From Callorhinchus milii (Eukaryota), in NCBI RefSeq assembly GCF_018977255.1, contig NW_024705115.1:1-64000 (forward strand): DNA of 64,000 nt. Reading direction: 5' to 3'. Under the pieces are notes generated by a model. The model was not told the DNA's origin. It did no database searches and saw only the letters and a program-made list of their open reading frames with translations. Positions within the stretch are counted from its first letter, which is position 1. Every line of letters starts with the position of its first letter. Positions 53,534 through 64,000 of the stretch are shown piece after piece. A program made the translations under genes and the position numbers.

Positions 53534-53572
53534 AGTTTTTGTACGAGGCTTGCAGTGCAGTCTATCACTGTG
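53534..53572 (-). other. 23-RSS
   Basis: CACAGTG-23-ACAAAAACT. Confidence 0.92.
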
Positions 53573-54542
53573 GTGAGTGTGAAGGCACAGTAATACACAG
53601 CGCTGTCAGACAACACCAGCTCAGAGATGGATAAACTGGTGAATGAGTTTGATTTCTGGAGCTCAGCAGAGAAACGATTTTCAAATCCTGCTCCTTTGAT
53701 GGTATTATCATTGTGACTGTATCTGCGAATTATAAACTCCGGCTGCTTTTCCTTGTAATGTCGGTACCAGAACAGATAGAAATAGCTTTCAGTCGTGGAA
53801 TAGCTGCATTCAAAAGTCACCGACTCTCCTTCTGTCCTAACCATCGAGGCAGCTTTCTGACTGACAGAGTCCCCACCACAGAGATCTGTAACAAATAAGG
53901 AACAGAACGAAAATTTTGCATTCAGTCTTTGGCAGAGTTAGTTCTCCATCGCCTTGGAGTTCTCCAGAAGCGAAACGCGCTATACACATGAAATTGTTTA
54001 ATCATGAAATAATATTCATCAATGTATTTTATATAGCATATTCTCACGTCGTTCAGACGTTTGCAGGTACCACACAGAGCAGATGGTACAGTGAATTGCT
54101 GTGTATCTTTGTCGGCGAAATTGGCACAGCAGTGTTTCACAACCAGTCGTGGAATCGGTATACGAATTATCATTTAAACGTTTTTAATGCACTGTAGACT
54201 ATGGAAAAGAGCTTCGCCGTTCCAACAGAAACGCTTGAATTCAGTAACTATTATTATTTGGACAGCTGTTTAGTCCCGCCTTCTAAAACGAAGAGATCCC
54301 ATTAATGCAGGTAAACAGAGCCGGACGTTTCGAGTAAGGAAACTTGCACAAGTTTCAACCTGTCCGGGAGTCGAACCCAGGTCCTCTCGCTTGCGAGGGC
54401 AGTGCACTCTCCACCGAGATACAGGACTCCACCAATTGTTGCTGAAATGGACTCGACAATCAGCAGCGACGCTGAATCAGCTCAACAGGGCCTCACCTGA
54501 CATAAAGGTTCCCAGCACAAGACAGACAGCAAACAGCCTCAT
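53573..54542 (-). CDS. Intact conventional TCR alpha/delta V (leader 54497-54542, V exon 53573-53885)
   Basis: MRLFAVCLVLGTFMS/DLCGGDSVSQKAASMVRTEGESVTFECSYSTTESYFYLFWYRHY..SDSAVYYCAFTL; splice sites intact. Confidence 0.93.
54010..54430 (-). mobile_element. SINE in the leader intron
   Basis: Head (GGGTTCGACTCCC) and tail. Confidence 0.75.
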
Positions 54543-54629
54543 TGCTGCTCTTCAGTCTGTGTGTTGGTGTCTGTGGCATCAGTTTGGTGATAACCCGCAG
54601 TGATTGTCGGCATTGGCGGAATCACAGTC

Positions 54630-54637
54630 TCACGTCA
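54630..54637 (-). promoter_or_regulatory. CRE-like TGACGTGA ~90 nt upstream of the V leader (also 50251-50258)
   Basis: CRE-like motifs are typical of TCR V promoters; conserved in the paralog. Confidence 0.5.
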
Positions 54638-55264
54638 CCTCATTGCCATCTCAGCCGCGATACAACAACCAATTGCTTTTATACAGCGGCTTTCACCAGT
54701 CACTGGGGGCAGGGAATCCCCGCACTCAGCTCTTCTTAATCCTGCAAGATAAAGTTCTAACGAGAAAGATGGTGATAGCTGGACAAACAGCGGAAATGGT
54801 TGCTATTCAGCGATGTCAATTGCAAGCTACGTGTTTTCGTTAGTTGGACACCAGCGGATACAAATCGTATACTCAGAGGTCACCAAACCTTGGTTCCTGC
54901 CAACCAGCAGCTAATAATCTCCGGAATTGGTAAAGCCGCACGTGTCTCTCCAGGCAGAGCGTTGCATTCCTTACCGACAACCAATCTCTGGTATTTCCAA
55001 GTATAGGTGGGATACATGAGAATCTCACCTTGGTTTGGAGACTCTTAAGAATGGTACAGGCATTTGTGGACCACCCCAAAACAAAACACTTCAAAAATGT
55101 GTAATGTCTTCATTTTCGTTAACAAAATCATTCAGCATCATGATTTGGTAAATAATAGTAACTTGTCGCCCTCTAGAGACCACTGGGCCATAGGTAAATC
55201 TTGCCTTCATATTTGATGCCAAACTTGATGTAAAGCAATGATTGTACTAATAATGTGTTGAGGT

Positions 55265-55500
55265 TCCCAGTGGCTTATATCACCTGAGGCTCAGAGTACA
55301 GTAACACACCCCGCTGTCAGTCACTGTGATGCCACAGATACTGAAGCCCCATCTCCCACACACTAATTCCTCGTCTCACAATTATGTTGAGCTGTTCTGA
55401 GCCCAAAGGGCAATGTGTCCGTGGAATAGCTCACATTGCAATAGTGAATTGAGCCATTATTGCCACTGGCATTTGTACATTGTCGCATTTGCGTACTGTT
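55265..55500 (-). pseudogene. V relic (FSICGITVTDSGVCYCTLSL)
   Basis: FR3 motif plus an SYST remnant. Confidence 0.5.
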
Positions 55501-56514
55501 CACCAAGCAGTAAGTCGAAAACCGGTTGATATTAGATTGACTAAATACTTTCTGAGTATTATAATTACTCCAAAATAATAATAATATTGTTAGAGTCACG
55601 CAAGCCACAACTCTTTGTGAGTCTCTACTGTGCCCTATTGGCTGGCTTGTTTCAGTCACAAAATTTAGTTTTAATTCACGTCAAAATATATTCCATGAAG
55701 AGTTTTGAGAGGTCTCGAAGTCGTGTTAAGGCGCTGAAGCAATTGCAAGGATTATCATTATCTAGACAATTGACGTGCAGTATGCAGGCAACCAATCTGA
55801 CATTGAGTGTTCAACACATTATTACTCTTTTTAATAATTGAAGGGATTATGCGACCGCGTAAAGAGATCCATAAATTAAAAAACTGATTTTTTTTTGTTG
55901 CTGCTGGTTTAACAGAGGTGTGTAGAGTGATTAAACTTCCCAACGTGTTGGCCTGAACGAGAATCAAAAACTGTATCCGCTGACTTCTGAGGACAGAGCT
56001 GCAACACATATTCAGCAAAATTCCACAATATCCCTTTCTTCGAATGCTTTTATTCCACCCATTTCCCGGGCTGTTTATGGGATACGTCAGCGGGCAAAAT
56101 GCACGACGGACGCTTTGAGATATCTCGAAGATACGATTCGCCTTTATATTTAACGCAGAGATTGTTATTTTTATTATCATGTCGGGATACTTTCCAAAGC
56201 GCTTCACAAGGTTGCATATATTTTTATGTGTGCGGTTACATTTTGAGTGTCTTCTGCATTCCACTTTCTTCCATAGAGTCAAAAAAGATAATAGTTCAAA
56301 TGGTTTGTATTGCTGGATTTGCAGTTAGCCAACATAATCTCGCCTGTTGTACTCGATTCGCTGGTTATTTTACCCACTGCCTTTGTGGTGACACACAATT
56401 TTGTGAATCTTGAGCAGACAGATTGACTTGTGGTGAACGTCGTTCGTATGAGAAAAGAACGAAGTTTCCTGGAAAGAAACTGCTCGCCTCAGCGCCACCG
56501 CACAAAGCCAGGAG

Positions 56515-57377
56515 AGTTATTGAACGAGGTGGTCTCTGGCATCCATCACTGTGGGTGCTGAGTGCACAGTAATACACAGCAGAGTCAGACACCTGTAACT
56601 GGGAGATGGTTAATTTGTTGGATGTTCTCGAGGTCTGCAGCTCAACTGAGAAACGAGTTTGAGCAAAAGCCGCTTTACGTTCTGGGAGAACTGTACAGCT
56701 GCTGAGGATATACTCGGGTTGTTTCTCTGAGAGTTTTCGGTACCAGAATAAACAATACTCGTTCAGTGTTGTAGTATAATTAGTGTCCAAAGTCACTTTC
56801 CTCCTTCTGTATCAGTCACTGAAGGAACCCAATGAGTAACATAATCTCCCCGGCTCAGACCTGAAAAAAAGCGTGAAATAAAAATAAGTTTGAACATACT
56901 TAATTATTAAATATTCTATACGCTGGATATAGTGCCTTATCACAACTTCGAGAAGTCTCACAGCTCTTGTAAAAACACAATGTTAAGTGATTTTACTGTA
57001 CGTTTTGCAGTCGAAAAGCCGCAGCCAATTGGGCACAGCAATAACCTACAAACAGTCTTAGAACAAGTGACCAATTTATCAGCAATGTTTTATTTGAATA
57101 AATTAATAACCGCGAAAAAGCAATGTGCCAATCGACTACCAAACATGTATTTGTGCTGCGTGTGGTTTAAGGAAACTTGACCAATGTTTCTCCCTACTGG
57201 GAACGGAACCCAGGGCTCTCGCTTGTGAGGCCAAGGCTCTAAACACTGAGCTACAAGACTCCACTAATAAAAGCTACGCAATCAATTTTGAACATTGACT
57301 GTAACATTGGCGATTTGCCTGAATTAATTACCTGCCATAAAAGCAGCCAATGTCGCCCAGATCGCAATTTCCCCCAT
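56515..57377 (-). pseudogene. TCR alpha/delta V pseudogene (leader 57332-57377, V exon 56554-56860, RSS 56515-56553)
   Basis: Leader MGEIAIWATLAAFMA; 1-nt deletion in FR1; first Cys replaced by Thr; ..DSAVYYCALST; CACAGTG-23-TCAATAACT. Confidence 0.88.
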
Positions 57378-58379
57378 CGTCTGAGAACTTGTCTGGATGC
57401 CCATTGATTAACTGCGAGATATTTGAGGTGATTGGCTCCAACTTCCGCAATGATGACCTGCGCTGTCGTCCAATAGGTCAAGTGCAAAAAGTCCATGAGA
57501 TCCGAAATGCTTTGCAATCAATTATCTTTTCTGATTAACATCATAGAACAATAGAATCGTGGATTATAAAGAAGAGAAGGAGATTATTCAGTCCATTCTG
57601 ACTGTTTCGACACTATGAAAGAGCTAAACAATGGGTCCCACTCCCCATTCTTTCCCCATATCCATGCAATTTTATTTTCCTTCATAAATTCCATTCCAAT
57701 TCCTTTTTAAAAACTACCATCGAATCTGTTGCCACTTTCACAATGTACATTGTAAACCGTAACAAGACTATTATTAAAAAAATTCCGTCCGTCTCTCCCC
57801 TGTTTTTTTTGACAATTATCTTCAATCTGCGAAAGAAATTCAGAAGCTACAAAAGTCTAATTTGGAAACGAAGTGTGATGTAGATATGAGCAGTTAGGGA
57901 CAAAATTGAATAAACGATTAAATTATGTTTCACACAAAACAACATTAACGGCAACACAGTATATCACTGAAATATGCACAGTTAACCATCACTGAGAAAA
58001 ATGTGCCGACATCTGTGCCCAAAGGATCAAATATGTTATGACAGAGGGACATCTCATTGCATTAAACATGATAATAACGTAGCATGTAGTGATTGTATCT
58101 GTCAGTAATTTGCAAGTCAATTCACTTTGCAGTAGATTCTGTGAATCTAAATTCGGGGCGTTTCGAAGAGATGATAAGGCGTTGTGTTAAGTGCAAGTAT
58201 TAATAATATTTCTTTCACACGTTCAGTACACGAACCACTCTGTCACATTTTGCTTGTGTTTGGCAAGTAGTCAAGTGTTTCCTCTTAGAGACACAGCAGC
58301 AAAGTCACATTCTGTGAAATAGGTCAACTGTCTGGACTAACATCTGTGCTGAGATGAATCCGCTTCGCTCCTCTAAGGT

Positions 58380-58746
58380 GGTTTATGTACAGTGGTGTAT
58401 TCTGACATTAACATAGTGTGTGATGGCAGAAGTATGTGGCCAGGGCAGATAGAGAAATGGAGAGCAATGTTCCAGGGGATCTCTTCCTCCCCGTATCCAG
58501 ATTAGTGGTGAAACATTGAGTTTCAAATTCAGCACCGAAAGTCCGGCTTTCAGCAACAGAGACTTGCAAATATGATGGTTGAACGCTGACTCTATTCGTT
58601 GCTCCTAAAGCCAGAGAGAAAAAGTTATTCACTGAGAAGCAAAGACCGGATGTAATTCCCCATATTGTTTTAATGTTGAGGGAGAATGATTTACACATAA
58701 CGCCCAACAATAATGAATTGAACAGCGCTAATTCTTTCAACTCCAT
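58380..58746 (-). pseudogene. Internally deleted V-like pseudogene (leader ~58704-58746, exon 58419-58604, RSS 58380-58418)
   Basis: MELKELALFNSLLL; GATNRVSVQPSYLQVSV..FTTNLDTGRK..ATYFC; CACTATG-23-ACATAAACC. Confidence 0.6.
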
Positions 58747-58967
58747 GTTTCCAATTGGGCACCTAAATGACTTGAAGGGAGTTTGAGAGATAAAAGTTTG
58801 TGTTCTGAATTGGGCTTGAACACAGGTTTGGAAGCAATAGTCAACACAGCAGTCATGGGAAATCCTCTACGTCAGAAGATTTTGTGTTGATTACCCAAAT
58901 CCGGAATTGGGCCCTCTATATTCCAAGGCGACGTTCTAATGCAATACTGGTAGTATACCGCAATGTG

Positions 58968-59225
58968 GAGTACTGTTGCTTTGTAGTTCGAGACTCACTT
59001 GCAAGCGGGAGACCTGGGTTCGATTCCTGCCATGGCGAAATGTTGGGGAAGAATCCTGACTCTGTTATTTATTTACAGATTGGCCGTTCACTTAATTTAT
59101 GTTTGCAGGACCTTAGTGTGTCCAAATTGTCTTTCTCCCACCAATCACAAAATCACTTCGCTTTAAAGTGTTTCATGTGAAGTGCTTTGAGACGTTTCCT
59201 TCCGTGAAACGCGTTACACCAAATA
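58968..59225 (+). mobile_element. Diverged SINE
   Basis: GGGTTCGATTCC B-box and tail. Confidence 0.7.
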
Positions 59226-59652
59226 TAGGTATGAGTTCATTACTTAATGTTAGAAAGTATAAGGGAATTGTTCAGTGCACAGAGATGCGAAAGGTTATCC
59301 AGCTTTTAGTGCAAACAAAAACCACATTATGTGGATCGAATATTTATTAAAATCGGCTGAACATTGGCGAAAGCCATCGCCAAAGTAAACAGTGAACATC
59401 AAAGAACGTTTTTCAGGCGGGACTTGAAAAGGATACAGGGGGTTTGGAGTGGGGGGTTTGGAGGAACTCATGGTGGAAAGATGGATGGGAAGCGTTCCAG
59501 AATTTCTAGCGTTTAGTAAAAATAAAATATATTTTAGATTAACTTGATACGAACTCAATAAGCTTTAAGCCACGGTGGCGGTTGGGAGAGGGTTTGATTC
59601 ACTGTCTGTCACTAACTGTACTGTACTGTTTCCCAGCTTTGGTTGTGATGAG

Positions 59653-59691
59653 GGTTATTGTACGAGGCTTCCTATGACGTGTATCACTGTG
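59653..59691 (-). other. 23-RSS of supporting V-delta B
   Basis: CACAGTG-23-ACAATAACC. Confidence 0.92.
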
Positions 59692-59993
59692 GTGCAGACT
59701 GAGTGCACAGTGATACATAGCGGAGTCTGTCAGCCGCAGGTCGGCGATGGTTAAAACGCTGATTTTCTTGGCAGTGTCAAGAGAAGCAGAAATACAATCT
59801 CTGGTAGGGTTTCCTCCCTCTACTGAGGATTTTCTTTGGAGCAGGTATTTCAGCGTCTCGCCATGGGACTGACGGTACCAGTAGATGATGAAATCCTCTT
59901 CACTGAATAATATATATTTGCAATTCAATGAAACGGTCTCACCAGCAAAAGCCGCTTGTTGAGGCTGTGTCTGGCAAACTGCACTACTCGATC
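59692..59993 (-). CDS. Leaderless supporting TCR delta V (cassette B)
   Basis: SSSAVCQTQPQQAAFAGETVSLNCKY..IYWYRQ..RDCISASLD..DSAMYHCALSLH; open frame. Confidence 0.88.
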
Positions 59994-61293
59994 CTGTGGG
60001 GATTTAATTTCAAGTTACTTAGAATCATAGTATATTTTAGCACACAAATAGGTTACTCGGCCCACATTGCCTTTACCTTCTCTATGAAAGAGCTGTCCAT
60101 CTAATCCCAATCCCTTTCTCTTAACCCCTAGCGTCGCAATGTATTTCTTCCAATTCCCGTTTGAGCTTTATGATACAATCTGTTTGCAGTACAATTTTAG
60201 GCAATGCATTGCAGATTGTAAAATCTTTGCAGGTAAATAAAATTCTCTTCATCTCCCCTCTTGTCCTTTTACCAATTAAGTTCAACATGTGTCCACTGGA
60301 AACTGATTCACTTGCATGTGGAAGCATTTTCCCCTGATCCACCCTATCAAATCTCTTTCACAATTTTGAACATTTGAATTAAATCTCCTCTAAACCTTCG
60401 GTGCTCTTCGGAGAACATTGCCAGACAATAGTCTCTTCACATAAATGAAGCCACTCTTCCCTGTAATCACTGTGGAAAAAAAACCCATTGGATTCCTGTT
60501 CGAAGGCCTTGGCATCATTCGTAATTTGTACGTGAAATTCTTTTCACTAAATAAAAGGATTACTGTTGTAACAGTGAAATTAAGACATTCTGAATGGATT
60601 AAGTATACAGTGCTCTGCTCCTGCATATCCGCTCCAAATATGAACCATATTTAATGCAAGCACAGACAGTGTGACTATTCGTGTGACACAATTGACATGA
60701 TCTCTCTTAAATGCACCATTTAATTTAGATTTGTTCCTCTAACCATATATTTGTTTGCTGAAGCTGATTATCCATATTGATGCTTTGGGTGTCTGTGATC
60801 ATGGGAATGTTTAGCAAAGGATCAGGTGTCAGATTGTACCGTTAACTCTGCGGGTTTACAGTTTAGGCAACTGGAGAGTTTCCTGCTGTAAATATCTTTA
60901 CTTTAAGACCGCTGCTGGAGGAGGTTTTTTCTCTGGTTTGCTGCCAGTATCAGTTTCTCTCTCAGTCTGTGAGCAGCTCAAAGCAGTTTCACTTGTGGAA
61001 TAAAACATANNNNNNNNNNNNNNNNNNNNNNNNNNNNNNNNNNNNNNNNNNNNNNNNNNNNNNNNNNNNNNNNNNNNNNNNNNNNNNNNNNNNNNNNNNN
61101 NNNNNNNNNNNNNNNNNNNNNNNNNNNNNNNNNNNNNNNNNNNNNNNNNNNNNNNNNNNNNNNNNNNNNNNNNNNNNNNNNNNNNNNNNNNNNNNNNNNN
61201 NNNNNNNNNNNNNNNNNNNNNNNNNTTTCTTCGCCAGTTGCTTTTTGTTTCTATTAATTTCAATTAATTTCGATCGATTATTGATTCACTCAC

Positions 61294-61379
61294 TTTTTGT
61301 TACAATTACTTTGGTTCCTGATCCGTCTTCGTTAAAGAACCACAGTCACACAACACTCATTCTCTGAGGCGCAAAAACT
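61294..61379 (-). other. NAR-type J-B (61294-61340) with 23-RSS (61341-61379)
   Basis: FFNEDGSGTKVIVTK, GTGAGT donor; CACAGTC-23-GCAAAAACT on the + strand. Confidence 0.9.
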
Positions 61380-61695
61380 GTTCTGTCAGATCACTGTTTA
61401 ACACTGTCACTAACGCAAACAAACACTGACAAATTGGCCATTAATCCTTACCGATTCACCAGTGGTTCCATCTTCGTACTATTCTTTTGTATAAAACATG
61501 TTTATTTTCAATATTATTTCCTCCCAAACAGAGACAAAGTGTACGGCACAAAGAACACCTCTCTACAAATAAATCCAGAAATGTCCGTTTGAAATAAGTA
61601 ATTTTGAAAGCAAAGTGTCGACACATTCAGGAACATTAAATAGTATACGGTTGTCAGTGATCAAGTCTCATGTGTTTCCAAGAAAATAGTTGCGC

Positions 61696-61767
61696 AGTAT
61701 TTGTGCTGATGGTTGCCAATGTGATCGTCCCAATCCCAACACAGTGTTTGTTGTAAATCCAAAAACC
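61696..61767 (-). other. D segment B (coding 61724-61739, TTGGGATTGGGACGAT) with 12/12 RSS
   Basis: GGTTTTTGG-12-CACTGTG | D | CACATTG-12-ACAAATACT. Confidence 0.9.
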
Positions 61768-62092
61768 AATGGTTTGAAATACTGCTGAAATGTGTCAGCC
61801 GTTCACAAATGGTCAATCAATGATACAACATTTAACAATCTTTTAAATATTGTGATAGTTGGACATTGATATGCCGCGTGTCTGGTGGAATAAATAATTA
61901 GTTATGTGAATCCTAGAAGATTTCCAATGTGCATACATACCGACATTCTTTTCCGACGTATCCATAAGTAATTGTTGTTTCCTAAAAGAAGTGTTATTAA
62001 ACATCATTGTGCATCAAACACAAATGATGACTGTGCTTTGAATTTATTGGAAGTTCACAGACTCTCTGTTTATCCTTTGAGTTAGTGACGGG

Positions 62093-62130
62093 GCTTCTTG
62101 TATTAAAAGAAGGCCAGATACAGCACTGTG
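62093..62130 (-). other. RSS of NAR V-B (22-nt spacer)
   Basis: CACAGTG-22-ACAAGAAGC. Confidence 0.85.
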
Positions 62131-62838
62131 GTATCCCAGTACCGAGCTGTACATTTATAGTCAGCGCTGTCTTGAACTTGCAAAGCATTAATTTCCAGTG
62201 AAGACGACATCGATTCATTGTCTGTCTTTACAACAAAGCGTGCTACCAGAGGGATCCGTTTCCAATCTCGTTCGTTCGGAAATTTTCTATAAAATTGCAT
62301 CTTACTGAAAGTTTCATAAGACTCTGCTTCGAAGACACAGTTGATGGTCAAAGACGCGCATTCTTGTCTCCTAATAGCGGATGGCGTCTGTTTTACTGAG
62401 GCACTGAAAGCATCTGAAAATTATACACAACATAACATTAGTTTAAGAAGTCTTCAGCAAGGTCAACTGCTACGGAAATTTTATCCCGAGCCTTGGCTTG
62501 ATTTTGATTGACACCAATTAATATAATATTATCACGACATACAATACCATTATTGTGTTAATTGAGACGAATAATTTTAACGTATAACATAGTTGTCATA
62601 ATATTAATGATACCAATTCGCTGCTGTATTTCCCCACAAATAAAACTGTCATCTCACTTCACAGTGTATTCCCGCAAGCGCATTGAAACGTCTCATCGAA
62701 GTGATAAGGCGCTATATCAACGCAAGGATTATTATGATATCGCACATTGTAATGATGACTTTCAACATTGCTGTGTAATGGAAACACACACTTACATTGT
62801 AAGAAGAGGAGGCACATGCAGACATACAGGAGAGACAT
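62131..62838 (-). CDS. NAR-TCR V gene B (leader 62796-62838, V exon 62131-62413)
   Basis: MSLLYVCMCLLFLQ/YAFSASVKQTPSAIRRQECASLTINCVFEAESYETFSKMQFYRK..DSADYKCTARYWD; open frame. Confidence 0.92.
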
Positions 62839-64000
62839 TCTCTCAACCATGGGAGATACCGTCAGCCCCGGACACCTCAGAGTGACTGTGAGTAACACAG
62901 GGCTGTTCTGTAAGAGCGTTGGAGTCTTGGTTCATTTGAGATGAACAGCGTCACATCATAGCTGGTGACAGCGGCTTTGAGTGGTGGGCGGGGGACGTGT
63001 GGGGGTGGAGTGGAAGAAGATACATGAGGAAAGGGACTGACTAACTGTGCCTGAGAGCATTGGGGAGAGAAGGGGATTTGGGAATGACTGCTCGAGTCTC
63101 ATTGAGGTTTAAATGGACAATTGACGGGGAAGCCAACGAGAGGGACTTTAAACTGACACTGTGAGAGGGACAAAGGCTGTGTGATGTAGAGAGGGACTTC
63201 ACTGAGAATTGGGAAAGACACATGAAGAAACTACTTACACACAGTTGACTTGTAGTGAGTTCTGTTGCAATGACCAACAGCAGGACGGGGAAGCCGGTCA
63301 ATGCAGCAGTGAGATAGTGAGATATGGGTGATGATGGGTAAGAAGGAGGAGGGAATAATAATGGTCAAGGAGTATGGGTTGGGGTGTTATATATTTCGTG
63401 GGGATAGAGGCGGTGACAAAGAGATGAAGGGCTGCGGGGGGACATGGAGGAGGATGAGAAGGCAGCGAATATGATGCGTATTCTATGGATTCTTTTCACG
63501 TTCCAAAGCGATTCAGAGATATGCGGTAGAGTCGAACTATTTTATATTTTGTTGGAAAAATTGATCAGCCAAATGGATACATGAGTATCGCACAAAGTGT
63601 CGCAGATTGAATTACCGAATTAGTATTTTACTTACGATTTATTTAATGTTTAAAACAATCACAATGAATTTCTTTTATATTTTAAATAAAAAAAGTATTT
63701 AGTTATCCTCCAATAGACAATCGTGTGGGTTCCTACTTACTGTTAGTGAAACAAAGACACCTTTGAAGCAAGGAAAATTGCAAAAGATTTTTCCCCACTC
63801 GGGAATCGAACACATGCCCTCTCGCTTGGGACACTGTTGCTCTAACTACTAACCTAAAGGACTCCACATTATTTGCACATCTAAGCAATAATGCGGTGTC
63901 CTGCTGATAAGAAAGCTACTGTATAACAGTCAGTTTTATTGCATTGCTATATGGTGACAACTAATGGCATTGCAATCTTATGACAGTGTATGTTTTGTGT

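Larger units (their letters stand above)
56554..64000. repeat. Direct segmental duplicate of ~39030-45480, with extra sequence at ~57800-59500
   Basis: Colinear paralogy of leaders, V/D/J segments, CR1, L2 and SINE insertions. Confidence 0.9.

Overview
Vertebrate genomic DNA from a cartilaginous fish. The abundant tRNA-head/L2-tail SINE and NAR-type V genes suggest a holocephalan such as Callorhinchus, but the species is inferred, not verified. Left 39 kb: repeat-rich DNA holding a + strand CD163/WC1-like membrane SRCR gene (7 SRCR exons, TM exon, 4-5 tyrosine-motif tail exons). It is disabled by stops and frameshifts and bracketed by ~4 kb inverted duplicated arms. Right 25 kb: part of a TCR alpha/delta V array, all on the - strand. 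It holds two complete tandem NAR-TCR-type cassettes (leader, VNAR-like V with RSS22, 12/12 D, RSS23 J, intron, leaderless supporting V-delta with RSS23), one intact conventional V, and several V pseudogenes and relics. All translations, coordinates and identity estimates were read by hand; no database searches were run.
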